Both the position numbers and the translations under genes were made by a program. A DNA stretch of 64,000 nucleotides from Candidatus Heimdallarchaeota archaeon. GTDB lineage: Archaea > Asgardarchaeota > Heimdallarchaeia > JABLTI01. The stretch spans positions 96,001-160,000 of the forward strand of contig JABCTZ010000007.1 of NCBI GenBank assembly GCA_018238155.1, read 5' to 3'. The number at the start of each line of letters is the position of its first letter. Positions within the stretch are counted from its first letter, which is position 1. Under the pieces are notes generated by a model. That model was not told where the DNA came from. It ran no database searches and saw only the letters and a list, made by a program, of their open reading frames with translations. Of this stretch, positions 9,228-19,640 are shown in pieces.

Positions 9228-10199
9228 ATGGCTAATATTAGACAAATTTTTCGAGTTCCAGTTAGTATCTTTATTGTTTTATTAATTTGTAATTTCATGC
9301 CTATTGTTTTTTCAACTGCCACACGAAACGTTACCTTCGATCAAAATATAGATTCAATAAATCCTCAAGATCCTTGTTTAACTCCACAAGATAATGCTTA
9401 CAATGCAGACTTACATTGGGTAAAAACAAACGTCACAATAGATAGTAAAGGATTAGGTACAGTATCAATGCTTCTTAATTGTACACCCACTGAAGATCAT
9501 TTTGGTATTTTTATAAGGACTATCGAAGAAGCAAATGAAATCAATTATGGGAAAACATATGCATTTACAGAAGGGGAAATATTGGGGCTCAACATTTCAG
9601 CTACCGGTAAATATGATGTTTCATACTATCTTTATTTACAAAATAGCTCAAAAGTTCAGGCAGGAAAACCTATTCTCTACTACATCTCTTATAATGCAGA
9701 TTTCTTTAAGGAAAGTCAAATTTTCCATTATGGAGTAGAAACAAATCTGGTTGGGATAAATCTTATTCGTCCAGATTGGGATGATAGTTTAGAGTTTGAA
9801 TCTTTGAGAATTCAACTGCCTGTTGCCGTTTCAAATTCAAGTATCTCATCAACTTTTTTGGATGAAATTGATTTCAGTGCTAATCAACTAATGATTGATA
9901 ATTATAATCTTTCATATGTAGGGCAACTAGATAATGATGGTCAATACTGGTTGACGTTTATTTCTTCAAAAGAAAACCTTCTATCAAGAGGGGCCTTTGA
10001 AGCTACTTTCTATCTTTCAATAGAGTATTTCTCTCTTCCAAAAGTATTGAATTGGTTCGTAATTACTTTTTCATTGCTATTCTCATTGATATCTATAGCA
10101 TTATTTGTTGTTGTTATTTCGGTGAAAAATAAATCCCAAGAGGAAAATTCTGAATTCCATGCAGAACTTTATGCTGTCTTGAAACAAGAAGATGAATGA
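9228..10199 (+). CDS. Secreted/membrane-anchored hypothetical protein
   Basis: N-terminal hydrophobic signal, beta-rich body with N-x-S/T sequons, C-terminal TM helix. Confidence 0.75.
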   Translation: MANIRQIFRVPVSIFIVLLICNFMPIVFSTATRNVTFDQNIDSINPQDPCLTPQDNAYNADLHWVKTNVTIDSKGLGTVSMLLNCTPTEDHFGIFIRTIEEANEINYGKTYAFTEGEILGLNISATGKYDVSYYLYLQNSSKVQAGKPILYYISYNADFFKESQIFHYGVETNLVGINLIRPDWDDSLEFESLRIQLPVAVSNSSISSTFLDEIDFSANQLMIDNYNLSYVGQLDNDGQYWLTFISSKENLLSRGAFEATFYLSIEYFSLPKVLNWFVITFSLLFSLISIALFVVVISVKNKSQEENSEFHAELYAVLKQEDE

Positions 10200-10270
10200 A
10201 TGATTTTTAAATTAGTATTGTTTTCTTTTTCTCAATACTAATCGTTCCTATTACTAACTATCTCAATGAG

Positions 10271-11104
10271 TTGATATTATCTATGAATAAAAATAGTAAA
10301 ACGATACTTGTTACAGGTGCAGCTAGCGGCATTGGATTAGCGATTACTAATTTTTTGGTTGAAAAAGGGGACCACGTTATTGCTACGGATTTCAATGAAA
10401 AAGCTCTTGATCTATTATCTAACATCGATTCTATTAGCACTTTTTATTTAGATGTAACAAATCCCCAAAGTATCAATGATGCGTTTGAAAAGATATGTGA
10501 AAAATTCACCACCATTGATGGACTTGTTAATAATGCGGGAATTTTTGTAGGTGGTCCTTTAGTAGAGATTCGTACTGAAGACTTAGAGCGAATCTTTGCA
10601 GTTAACGTTATAGGTGTTTTCAATATAACCAAAGCATTCTTTCCACTATTATATCCCGTTAAAGGGAGAATCGTAAATATTGGTTCAGAATCCGGCAGGT
10701 TTTCATATCCATTGAATGGACCCTATTCAATGTCAAAATATGCATTAGAAGCATTTTCTGATTCTCTCAGAAGGGAACTTATGTTTCTTGATATTTCAGT
10801 AGTTCATTTACAAATAGGTGCAGTAAAAACACCACTCCTTCACCAGACATATACTTGCTTTGCAGAAGATAATGATGTTGAAAATTCGCTTTTTAAGAAG
10901 CAATTAGAACAAGTAATAAAAGTTTGTGAAAAAGAAATTGATAAGGGTGCAGAACCAGAAACCATTGCTAAAGTAGTGTACAAAGCTCTTCATAAAAGAA
11001 AACCAAAATCTCGATATAAAGTTAAGAATGATAAATTGCGTAGATTTTTGGAGTTCCTTCCGACATCTGTGGTAGATACAGCAATGAAAAAAGCACTCAA
11101 ATGA
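10271..11104 (+). CDS. Short-chain dehydrogenase/reductase (SDR)
   Basis: TGAASGIG, NNAG, YSMSK catalytic motif. Confidence 0.92.
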   Translation: MILSMNKNSKTILVTGAASGIGLAITNFLVEKGDHVIATDFNEKALDLLSNIDSISTFYLDVTNPQSINDAFEKICEKFTTIDGLVNNAGIFVGGPLVEIRTEDLERIFAVNVIGVFNITKAFFPLLYPVKGRIVNIGSESGRFSYPLNGPYSMSKYALEAFSDSLRRELMFLDISVVHLQIGAVKTPLLHQTYTCFAEDNDVENSLFKKQLEQVIKVCEKEIDKGAEPETIAKVVYKALHKRKPKSRYKVKNDKLRRFLEFLPTSVVDTAMKKALK

Positions 11105-11233
11105 TTTCTATCCACAAAAAGGGTTCGCTTTTTTTCTACAATGTTTACAAAAAACTTTAATTACTTCTCCCGTCGAAAGATTTCATAAGTACAGAACAAT
11201 TGTACAAGCAAAGATTATATCAGGTGATTAATT

Positions 11234-13120
11234 TTGCGAATTTTAACTGTGCATTCAGATTTCATTGAATTTGAACCAAAAAAGAAAGCGCTAAAAGCAG
11301 CCGAAGAAATTGAGAAGAAACTCAAGAGAGTAGAAGAATGTTTAGTAGTCTTCTCTTCGGTGGAAAAAGGTGATGAAGATCATTTCGAAAATGTTGCTGA
11401 AAAGGCAGTCATTGAAGTTGAATCAATAACTGAACAACTTGGAATAAAGAATGTTGTTCTTTATCCATGGGTCCATATTTCAAATACTCCCTCAAGACCA
11501 GATGTTGCTTTACGTGTGTTGAAAATCATGGAAGCATCTCTAAAAGAGAAAGGTTTCACTATAACTCGTGCTCCATTTGGTTGGTACAAAGCATTTAACA
11601 TAAAATGTAAAGGACATCCACTTTCTGAGTTATCACGTTCTATAATTGCTGATGGTGTTCTTGTAAAGAAAGCAGATGGCTCCCAAATTGAGAGCGAAGC
11701 ATTAAAAGCTGAAGAGGAATCAAAACACGAATTCTTCATTATGGATCCAGATGGCACACTAACACCTGTAAAAGAATATAAGTTTGGCAATAACAAGAAA
11801 TTAGAAAAATTTGCCAAATATGAAACTGATAAGCTCCGTGCTTCTGAGACTCCTCCACCACATGCACTGTTAATGAGAAAATTAGCTTTGGTGGATTATG
11901 AACCTGGAAGCGATGCGGGTAATTTTCGCTGGTATCCAAAAGGGTGGATGGTAAAATATCTCATAGAGGAATTTGTGAAGAATAAAACTATTGAATATGG
12001 TGGCATGCCCATCGAAAGTCCAATTATGTATAGTTATACTCATCCAGCAATTGAGAAATATATGCATAGATTTCCTGCAAGACAATATATGCTAAAATCG
12101 GGAACTGACAATTACTTCCTTCGTTTTGCTGCGTGCTTTGGACAATTTCTAATGAGTGCAGATGCAATAATGTCCTACAATAATCTTCCAATCAAATTAT
12201 TTGAAATGAGCCATTATTCCTTTAGAAGGGAACAAAGAGGAGAATTAGCTGCTTTAAGAAGATTGCGAACTTTCACTATGCCAGATATGCATACCATTGC
12301 TAAAGATCTCAAATCTGCTCAAAAATACTTTAGAGAACAGTTTGATCTTTCGATGGAAACACTAGATGCTTTCGAGTTAGAATATGAATCAGCATTTCGT
12401 TCACAAAAAGATTTCTTTGAGAAAAACAAGAAATGGTTCCAAGAAATGGTTAAAGCTCGAAATAAACCCGCTCTAATTGAAACCTATGAGAAAATGTATG
12501 CTTATTTCATTTGCAAGTTTGAATTTAATTTCGTGGATAATCAAAATAAAGCTTCAGCTTTAAGCACCGTGCAAATAGACATTGAAAATGCAGAACGTTT
12601 TGACATAAGTTACATTGACAAGAATAACGAACCACAAAGACCACTTATCTTACATACAAGTATATCTGGAGCCATTGAAAGAATAGTTTATGCTATTCTT
12701 GAAAAAGCTTATACTGAACAAATTCAAGGAAAAGCTCCTATGTTTCCAGTTTGGTTATCACCAACCCAGGTGCGACTATTACCTGTAAATGAAGATTTCA
12801 TTTCTCATTGTAAGAAACTCGCTAAAAAATTCCAAAAGGAAAACATCAGAATTGACATCGACGATCGTTCAGAACGTGTAGGTAAAAAGATACGTGCTGC
12901 CGAGAAAGAATGGATCCCTTACATAATTGTAGTTGGCGAAAAAGAGCTTGAATCAAAAAATTACAATGTTCGTGTACGAGAAGAAGAAAGAAAAGAAATA
13001 CCAATGACTGAAAAAGAATTAATCAAACGAATAAAGCTTGAAGTTAAAGGTTTACCGTATGTCCCCTTAACTTTACCAATGCTAATGTCATTGAGACCAA
13101 TCTTTTCACAAGTGAATTAA
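11234..13120 (+). CDS. thrS: Threonyl-tRNA synthetase, archaeal type with N-terminal editing domain
   Basis: MRILTVHSD, YPWVHIS, PFGWYKAF..CKGHPLSELS, LRFAACFGQF, FRREQRGE, C-terminal anticodon-binding domain. Confidence 0.97.
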   Translation: MRILTVHSDFIEFEPKKKALKAAEEIEKKLKRVEECLVVFSSVEKGDEDHFENVAEKAVIEVESITEQLGIKNVVLYPWVHISNTPSRPDVALRVLKIMEASLKEKGFTITRAPFGWYKAFNIKCKGHPLSELSRSIIADGVLVKKADGSQIESEALKAEEESKHEFFIMDPDGTLTPVKEYKFGNNKKLEKFAKYETDKLRASETPPPHALLMRKLALVDYEPGSDAGNFRWYPKGWMVKYLIEEFVKNKTIEYGGMPIESPIMYSYTHPAIEKYMHRFPARQYMLKSGTDNYFLRFAACFGQFLMSADAIMSYNNLPIKLFEMSHYSFRREQRGELAALRRLRTFTMPDMHTIAKDLKSAQKYFREQFDLSMETLDAFELEYESAFRSQKDFFEKNKKWFQEMVKARNKPALIETYEKMYAYFICKFEFNFVDNQNKASALSTVQIDIENAERFDISYIDKNNEPQRPLILHTSISGAIERIVYAILEKAYTEQIQGKAPMFPVWLSPTQVRLLPVNEDFISHCKKLAKKFQKENIRIDIDDRSERVGKKIRAAEKEWIPYIIVVGEKELESKNYNVRVREEERKEIPMTEKELIKRIKLEVKGLPYVPLTLPMLMSLRPIFSQVN

Positions 13121-13126
13121 AAAAAT

Positions 13127-13172
13127 AAACAGTTATCCATCTTGAGAGTTACTAAATGGGTAAACTGTTTTT
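13127..13172 (+). terminator. Stem-loop downstream of thrS (terminator or 3'-UTR structure)
   Basis: AAACAGTT-ATCCAT...ATGGGT-AAACTGTTT inverted repeat followed by a T run. Confidence 0.5.
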
Positions 13173-13255
13173 CATCATTTTTTATTATAGAAAATGAATA
13201 AATAGTACTTTTATTTCACTAAAGGATTATAGTAGTAATACACTAGAGGAATTCG

Positions 13256-13891
13256 ATGTCACTATCAAATGGAATATTAATTGCTTTGGAAGGAATTGAT
13301 GGAACAGGAAAAACATCAATAATAGCTGTACTCCAAAAACGTTTAACAGATGATGGATTTAGTGTTGTCACTTTTAAAGAACCAACCAATGAAACGGTAG
13401 CCGGAAAAAAAATACGTAATAGCTACATTGCTGGTCGTGTGTCTCTAGAAGAAGAATTACAATGGTTCATTGATGATAGAGAATGGGATGTGAAAGAAAG
13501 AATTTTGCCATCTTTAGTGGAGAAAAAAATCGTTCTAATGGATCGCTATTTCTTTTCAACAGCTTGTTATCAAGGTGCACGGATGAATGATGATTGGAGT
13601 AGCATTCTGAAAACAAATAGAGCAAAGTTTCCAGAACCGGATCTTACAATAATTATTGATGTTGATCCCGGGATAGCACAACAACGGATAGTAAAAGATC
13701 GACAGAAAAGCAACACCTTTGAAGAGTTGGATTATCAAAGAAATGTCCGACAACTATTTATGGAAATAATAAAAAAAGATCCTATTGGCATTTTTCTACT
13801 AGTAGATGGTGAAGCTCCTCTAATAGAGATAATTGATAATCTCTATCTAAGAATTAAATTATTCATTAAAGAAAAAGAAATTGAAAAGTAA
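13256..13891 (+). CDS. tmk: Thymidylate (dTMP) kinase
   Basis: ALEGIDGTGKT, KEP, DRYFFSTACYQG, PDLTIIID. Confidence 0.94.
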   Translation: MSLSNGILIALEGIDGTGKTSIIAVLQKRLTDDGFSVVTFKEPTNETVAGKKIRNSYIAGRVSLEEELQWFIDDREWDVKERILPSLVEKKIVLMDRYFFSTACYQGARMNDDWSSILKTNRAKFPEPDLTIIIDVDPGIAQQRIVKDRQKSNTFEELDYQRNVRQLFMEIIKKDPIGIFLLVDGEAPLIEIIDNLYLRIKLFIKEKEIEK

Positions 13892-13913
13892 TTAATGATA
13901 CTTTTCATCAAAA

Positions 13914-14681
13914 TTAATCTTTTAGTGCTTTATTTATCTGTGCGGGTGAGAATATCTCAAATTTAGCTTTTGGTAGTATTTTCCCAATTCTTGGTATCAA
14001 ACCCTTAGCATTAGTATTGAATTTACACGTAAGAACATTTTCCATCCACCCCACAGTTTCGATTTCTATAATATCGTTGTGGTGCTTCGTATCTTTGAGA
14101 ACATCTTGTACTGTCTCTTTTGATGTTCCTAAAACAAACAATTTTTCAAGACCATCATCTATCCAGCGTTGAAAGGTTTCAGCTTGAGTATCTGATAAGC
14201 GTCCTTCAATTTTCTTGGTACCAATACTTACCTTTTCTAAAATGACTTCTAGAGGGAAATTGTTTATTAATCCAAATAAATCTATTAACTTTCTAACAGG
14301 GATTTTTTTATCATCAACTAATTGCTTTCTTAAAATAAAAAGGGGAATTAATACATCAATCTGATATGGACTTTTAATTCCTATATCTACAAAAAGACCA
14401 AAACCTACTTTGCCACTTGAACAAATATAGCCTTTTATAATATCGCCTTCTTTCAATTCACCAAATTTTTTGCTCTCACCAAAAAGAGAAGCAATATAAT
14501 TGCTTGCAGCAATTTCATCTTCACCTTCTAAAACAATGGTAATAAACCCATCATCGTCTAGAATGTTAGATGTGATTGTTACGTTCAAATCTTTAGTTTG
14601 TTCTTCTATCTCTCTTTGAATATGGCTAAAAACTCTTTTTTTGCTTGAATAAATTTTTGTCATTAATTTCAATTTTTTCAT
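13914..14681 (-). CDS. DUF2110-family archaeal protein (S1-like), usual neighbour of tfe
   Basis: LEGEDE..A..Y, GKVGFGLFVDIG, HxxDII..E, T.A.GLIP.IG motifs; position next to tfe. Confidence 0.8.
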   Translation of the reverse strand: MKKLKLMTKIYSSKKRVFSHIQREIEEQTKDLNVTITSNILDDDGFITIVLEGEDEIAASNYIASLFGESKKFGELKEGDIIKGYICSSGKVGFGLFVDIGIKSPYQIDVLIPLFILRKQLVDDKKIPVRKLIDLFGLINNFPLEVILEKVSIGTKKIEGRLSDTQAETFQRWIDDGLEKLFVLGTSKETVQDVLKDTKHHNDIIEIETVGWMENVLTCKFNTNAKGLIPRIGKILPKAKFEIFSPAQINKALKD

Positions 14682-14774
14682 TTATTATTCCTTCAGTCAT
14701 TAAATCGTGATTGTCAAAATTCACCTTTCTTATAAAAATAAAAAAGAAAAAGGATGAATAGTTAATCTTTTTCA

Positions 14775-15440
14775 TTAATCAGAACCAAGAAGAGATTCAC
14801 TGTCAATGGTTGCTGCTACTTTACCTGTAGCAATGATTTGACCTAAATCATCTTTTGCACCAGTATCTAGATGATCAATATCTACACCAGACTCCATAAG
14901 AGATTTGTATAATTCGTCAACTTTCTTACTTAGTTTTTCGATAATTTCTTCATTGTTAAATGCTTTCAATTCATTACTACATTCGGGGCATTTGAAATTA
15001 TTCTCCATAGCTTCATCGAAAATATATCTTGGACAATAATCTTGATCACATTTAAAGAAATGGAATCTTTTTTCATAATCTAATCGGGCTTTGAGTTTTC
15101 TGTAAACAGTTTTTTTGCGATTGATAACTAATTCTTCAACTCTATTGGGTTTAAGGCGCCAAAAATAGATGAACCAGCCAGTGCTTTTATCTCTAATTCG
15201 TCTGAATTCTGCCAAACGAGCATCGTATAATCTATAGAGAATTTTACGAACCGCATTGAGTTTCATTTCTGCTCCAGCAGCAATTGCTTCGTCAGTTGTT
15301 TCTTCTTTTGGGTTAAGTAACCCGGCAACTTTAATTGCATCATCTCCACCAATCTCTCTTACAACAGATTCAAGAAGATTATAATCGGAGTCTTGAGTAG
15401 GCATTCTAGAAATCATTTCCTTTAGTAGCAAATATGACAT
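14775..15440 (-). CDS. tfe: Transcription factor E alpha (TFE/TFIIE-alpha)
   Basis: TDEAIA...LNAVRKILYRLY, RDKSTGWFIYFW, Zn ribbon C-x4-C...FKCPEC; the true start may be the MPTQD Met. Confidence 0.95.
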   Translation of the reverse strand: MSYLLLKEMISRMPTQDSDYNLLESVVREIGGDDAIKVAGLLNPKEETTDEAIAAGAEMKLNAVRKILYRLYDARLAEFRRIRDKSTGWFIYFWRLKPNRVEELVINRKKTVYRKLKARLDYEKRFHFFKCDQDYCPRYIFDEAMENNFKCPECSNELKAFNNEEIIEKLSKKVDELYKSLMESGVDIDHLDTGAKDDLGQIIATGKVAATIDSESLLGSD

Positions 15441-15597
15441 ATGATGCGCATGGATATTCCAAAAGGGAAATCAAAGATGTAATAAATCTTTGGGCACATT
15501 CTTTATTCTTATGTATATATATTGTCCTTTATAGTATTTGATTTTTTCTTTCCTTTCAACCATTTTTGAACCTTTTACTAAAATTTAGGCGCATTCT

Positions 15598-16551
15598 TTA
15601 GAGTAAAGAGGCAACTAATAAAGGTAAAGCAATTATTGCATCGGAAATAATGTTAGCTGTTTTAGCTTTTTCATCAACTTTTCCCCAAGAAACACCTTCG
15701 CTAATAGATGCACCACTAACACCACCATGCTCAGGACGATCCATAGTAATTTGGACTGCATAATCTAAGGCTTTGCCGGCAACTTGAGCTGCAAGAGCTA
15801 GGAAATGCTTTGGTACACCACCACCAACAATGAGTGCACCGACTTTAGTATTGTCCTCATCATTTTTCCATGTAAAGTCAAGAAGATCACCTTGGTCAAG
15901 TGAAGGATTAACTTTTAGCTTATGTAGCTGAGAGAACATCCAAATCTGAAATCCTAAAATACTGTCGGGTAAAGATGGGCAAAAAATAGGAATGCCTCGG
16001 TCTGCTGCTAATTTGGGAATACATTTAACGGTCATTTTTTTACCAAGTTCATTAATAAATTTGGAAGAAGACATTGTCTCTTGAGGGAGTTCAGGAAATA
16101 ATGCTTGAAGACCATCTTCCAATACTCTATAACCTTTCGTAGGAACAACGACATTATAGATTCGATTAAGCTCTTCTTTCTGTAATTCATAGTCCGGAAC
16201 TTGTAAAGGGGCATGGAAATGAGCTTCGCCAAAAGCTTCGATTAAATCATGAGTAAGCATCGCACCAGTAACAATTAAGCCATCGACTAAATTGTTCTCG
16301 AGTAAAGCATAAATGACTTTTTTAAGACCACCCGGAATAAGTGCACCAGCAAGAGTAGCAAATTTAATACATTCTTTATCATCAATCATTGCTTTCATTA
16401 CATGATGAGCCTTAGCAAGTTCTTTACCATTGAAACCTGTTTTTTGATATTCAACGAATAAATCGGTTATGGTCATTCCTTTCCATATTTCAGCATGCTT
16501 AACTTTTTTCAACTTCTTAGCTTTTTTTGGCAAATTACATTCCGTCTCCAA
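15598..16551 (-). CDS. dys: Deoxyhypusine synthase
   Basis: TGFNG, THDLIEA, NRIYNV, GGGVPKH, GGVSGA..SEGVSWGKV with the active-site Lys retained. Confidence 0.94.
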   Translation of the reverse strand: METECNLPKKAKKLKKVKHAEIWKGMTITDLFVEYQKTGFNGKELAKAHHVMKAMIDDKECIKFATLAGALIPGGLKKVIYALLENNLVDGLIVTGAMLTHDLIEAFGEAHFHAPLQVPDYELQKEELNRIYNVVVPTKGYRVLEDGLQALFPELPQETMSSSKFINELGKKMTVKCIPKLAADRGIPIFCPSLPDSILGFQIWMFSQLHKLKVNPSLDQGDLLDFTWKNDEDNTKVGALIVGGGVPKHFLALAAQVAGKALDYAVQITMDRPEHGGVSGASISEGVSWGKVDEKAKTANIISDAIIALPLLVASLL

Positions 16552-16823
16552 GTTAAAAACAGAAAAGTATGTGTTTAATAAGATTATTATTATGAAAACA
16601 AAATTTATTCATTAACAACCAAAACTGAAGATACACTAACACATGGTTTCTTCATATACGTTATATTCTTACCTCTTATTATTTTGGCAAAAAGGAAAAA
16701 GAGTAAATAGTTCTTCACTCATTTTTCCCCGCAGAGATTATTTTTAGCTAAAAGGAATATGCAATATTTGCCGTTATCTTTAATAATAAGATATGAAGAG
16801 AAATAAATAACGTAAACACCCTT

Positions 16824-16958
16824 GCACAGGTAGTCTAGCGGCCAGGCGAGGGATTGCAAACGGATGCAAAAGTTTTGCACCGACAACTATCCCTTTTACG
16901 TGAGCCAAATTTAGCTGTTGCTATTTTTGCACGAATTCAAATCTCGCCCTGTGCTCCA
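16824..16958 (+). tRNA. tRNA-Cys(GCA) with two introns (16860-16888 at 37/38; 16905-16935 at 53/54) and encoded CCA
   Basis: Acceptor GCACAGG/CCTGTGC, discriminator T, CCA; D stem GTCT/AGGC; anticodon stem AGGGA/TCCCT with GCA at 16856-16858; T stem GTGAG/CTCGC with TTCAAAT loop after removing the second insert; 75-nt mature tRNA; both inserts form BHB-type junctions. Confidence 0.92.
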
Positions 16959-17099
16959 TTTTTCTTTTACTCCTTGACATTTCTCACTAGTCATCCATGA
17001 TTTTGCTTACTTTGATTGCTTCCTCTTCTAATTTATCGATTTGATGTTGTCAAAATCGAAATTTCACTAATGGCTTAAAAAAAAGAAGTGAAAATGAAA

Positions 17100-17291
17100 T
17101 TAGATTCTTATTCTCGTAGGATTTTGTTTTTTATGCTTTTTCAATTCCTCGATATCATTCGTCATATTTCTAATGGTTTCTTTCAATTGCTCTATCTCTC
17201 AATAGAATTGAATAATTAGCTCATCACGACTGTACTGACTTGCTAGAATTTTTCCAAGTTATTCTTCATTTTTCATTTCATGTATCTCCAT
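17100..17291 (-). pseudogene. Interrupted small coiled-coil ORF downstream of tRNA-Cys
   Basis: Reads MEIHEMKNEE*LGKILASQYSRDELIIQFY*EIEQLKETIRNMTNDIEELKKHKKQNPTRIRI*, with internal TAA (17261-17259) and TGA (17201-17199). Confidence 0.5.
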
Positions 17292-17373
17292 GAAACAGCT
17301 CTCAAATTAAACTAAAAAACTCCTTGAATTTTTTAAGAAAGAAAAAAATGAAAGAAATATAAAGCGTCTAACT

Positions 17374-18102
17374 TTATATGTCCTCTAAATCAAGTACAAA
17401 AATTGCAATTAACTCAGACAAAACCATAATTTTTTGCCACAAAGGAACAGTAAGTACTAACCCTGTTAGTCCTATCGTTTTATCTAAAATAAACAAAATT
17501 CCTACTAGTATCACTAATGAGAAAACAACAACAACGATAAGAACATCAAAGTAAAAACCTGCTGGTTTCTTTTCAAACTTCAAATCATGTTTCCGAGTAA
17601 ACCGTAGTAATTGTTGAACAAAGTTTACTATGGCAAAACTGAACACAAAAAGGAATGCACCAATAACATGATAGAGAGATAATGTTGGATGATCGCCTGG
17701 GATTGTTACTAATGCTGTTCCAATAGAAACTAGAACGTAAAGGCAACCTTTCAGCTTGTTATAACGAAGAACGGGTCGTATGAAATAGAAAATTGCTATC
17801 ATTAAATTCATGAATGATAATATGCTGAAACCCGTGGTCATGATTATCCTAGAAGTTGTGTTGATATTATCAAGATCAAAACTTCTGATGTTGCCTAATG
17901 CGCTTATATACTCATTAACGAATTCATAACTTTCAGCATAGTAAATCCAAGCAAGCCCGAGTGTAATAATGATAACTGGGACTGTTAACCAAATGATTAA
18001 TCGAACGACTTTTTGTGATTTTATTATTTTGTTATCAATCATAGCAGCGCGAGCTTCTGTTGCATCAATCATAGATATCACGAAGTAATTATGGACTCTC
18101 AT
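17374..18102 (-). CDS. Six-TM membrane protein, DUF998/Frag1-like
   Basis: Y.FVNEYISALG motif, H.IGA.LF, WQK; about 6 TM segments. Confidence 0.7.
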   Translation of the reverse strand: MRVHNYFVISMIDATEARAAMIDNKIIKSQKVVRLIIWLTVPVIIITLGLAWIYYAESYEFVNEYISALGNIRSFDLDNINTTSRIIMTTGFSILSFMNLMIAIFYFIRPVLRYNKLKGCLYVLVSIGTALVTIPGDHPTLSLYHVIGAFLFVFSFAIVNFVQQLLRFTRKHDLKFEKKPAGFYFDVLIVVVVFSLVILVGILFILDKTIGLTGLVLTVPLWQKIMVLSELIAIFVLDLEDI

Positions 18103-18318
18103 CTTATTTAACCATTAACATTCAAAACAAAGTAGATACAAAATGGGAAAAAAATAAGAAGATTACACAAAGAGCTCGTTTCGAATGAAGAAAAACTTCT
18201 GAAAGTAAAGAGGTAAAATCCATGATGAGAGGTTTATTAGTTGGTTTTCTCTTATTGAAATATTGTTATACAAAATATTTAGAAAGGGAAAGAACAAAAA
18301 ATATCTTGGTGTAGAACA

Positions 18319-18816
18319 TTGTCTTTTGAAGAACGTTTACAAGAATTAGCCACAGAAATCCTTAACGAATTCACTACTCGTGGATTGACCCTTTCTATTG
18401 CAGAGAGCTGTACAGGAGGTTTAGCAACCTCCCTTCTGACTGATTTAGATGGCTCATCAGAAATTTTATCCTTTAGTATAGTTACTTATTCAACAGATGC
18501 AAAAGAAGAATTTCTAGGACTTCCTTCATACATTATTTCTGATTTTGGTTCTATTTCAATAGAATGCGCTAAGCTAATGGCTGAAGGTTTACTTAGTTAT
18601 GAAGTTGATGTTGGTCTTTCTACTACAGGAGTAATTGGTGAATCTTTCGAAGATAAATTAAAAGGCACTGCTTTTATCGCAATAGCTATTTCAGGTCATG
18701 AAACCTATGCAAAGGAATTAACTTTGGATCCTAAACAAACGCGCATTCAATTAAAACAAGAGATAGTGAAAATACTCTTTGAAGCAACATTACAAGCGAT
18801 CAATCTAACCTTCTGA
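18319..18816 (+). CDS. CinA C-terminal / NMN deamidase (PncC family)
   Basis: SIAESCTGG, VTYS..AK..LG, GS.S.E.A..MAEG, STTGV.G. Confidence 0.88.
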   Translation: MSFEERLQELATEILNEFTTRGLTLSIAESCTGGLATSLLTDLDGSSEILSFSIVTYSTDAKEEFLGLPSYIISDFGSISIECAKLMAEGLLSYEVDVGLSTTGVIGESFEDKLKGTAFIAIAISGHETYAKELTLDPKQTRIQLKQEIVKILFEATLQAINLTF

Positions 18817-18853
18817 TTTTTTAAAAAAAATGATCGAATATTTCTACTTTTCT

Positions 18854-19597
18854 TTATTGTAGAAATACTTCAATTTTGAGCATCTTGCCGTCAGGTAACG
18901 TTTTTGTTCCTTCTTCTGCTAATTTTTCCCGCATATATATGGGCGCAATAGCTTCAAGAATGTCTTTGTTGTGATGTGTTCTACTTGGAATTATGATTGC
19001 TCCCATCGTTCCATCCTCAAATCGAGCTTTGTAACACATAACATCACCAAAATATCTACCCTTCTTTTCAAAACCATGAATAATATAGGGTTCAGATTGC
19101 CTTATTTGAGCGACTTTTTTCAAATCATCAACATTGAGTATTCGTAAATTAATTGTTCCCGGATAAGGGAGAAACCCTAATGTTTCCTCAAATTGTTTTG
19201 TATATTCCTCTTGCATAATATACCATGCTCCTTCTCCTAAACCGTTTTCAATTACACCATAAATTGTAGTTGAGCGTTTTTGCGAGTAAAGAGCCTTTGT
19301 AATCATAATACTGAGATTTTCTAAAAGTTCTTTTCCTAATTTAGTAATATGTACTGCTTGACCTCTTGATGTCCGTGAACGTTCGATGAGATGATTTTTT
19401 TCTAACTCAACAAGATATCTTGCAGCCGTCTGTTGAGATACACCTAAATATTTACCTAATTCACTACTAGTGATATCAATAGGATTGCTCAATGCTCCAT
19501 AAATGCCTAGCTTTAGGACCACTGCTAATTGTTTGCTATCAAAATCAACACTACTACCAAAAAAGAAGCTTTTCTTCTCTTGAGATTTTTTTGCCAT
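18854..19597 (-). CDS. ribK: CTP-dependent riboflavin kinase with N-terminal wHTH (RbkR regulator)
   Basis: SQQTAARYL HTH; G.GEG.WY, LGF.PYPGTIN, P.RTHH...LE.IAP..MR. Confidence 0.93.
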   Translation of the reverse strand: MAKKSQEKKSFFFGSSVDFDSKQLAVVLKLGIYGALSNPIDITSSELGKYLGVSQQTAARYLVELEKNHLIERSRTSRGQAVHITKLGKELLENLSIMITKALYSQKRSTTIYGVIENGLGEGAWYIMQEEYTKQFEETLGFLPYPGTINLRILNVDDLKKVAQIRQSEPYIIHGFEKKGRYFGDVMCYKARFEDGTMGAIIIPSRTHHNKDILEAIAPIYMREKLAEEGTKTLPDGKMLKIEVFLQ

Positions 19598-19640
19598 TAA
19601 CTATCCTTCCTTCAATCCTGTTTTGGATTTTAATAACTAT

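Noticed and set aside
16854-16888. C35:A mismatch in the first BHB could imply editing to a GUA (Tyr) anticodon
   Set aside because: G1-C72 and U73 are Cys-type identity elements; a relaxed BHB is the simpler explanation.
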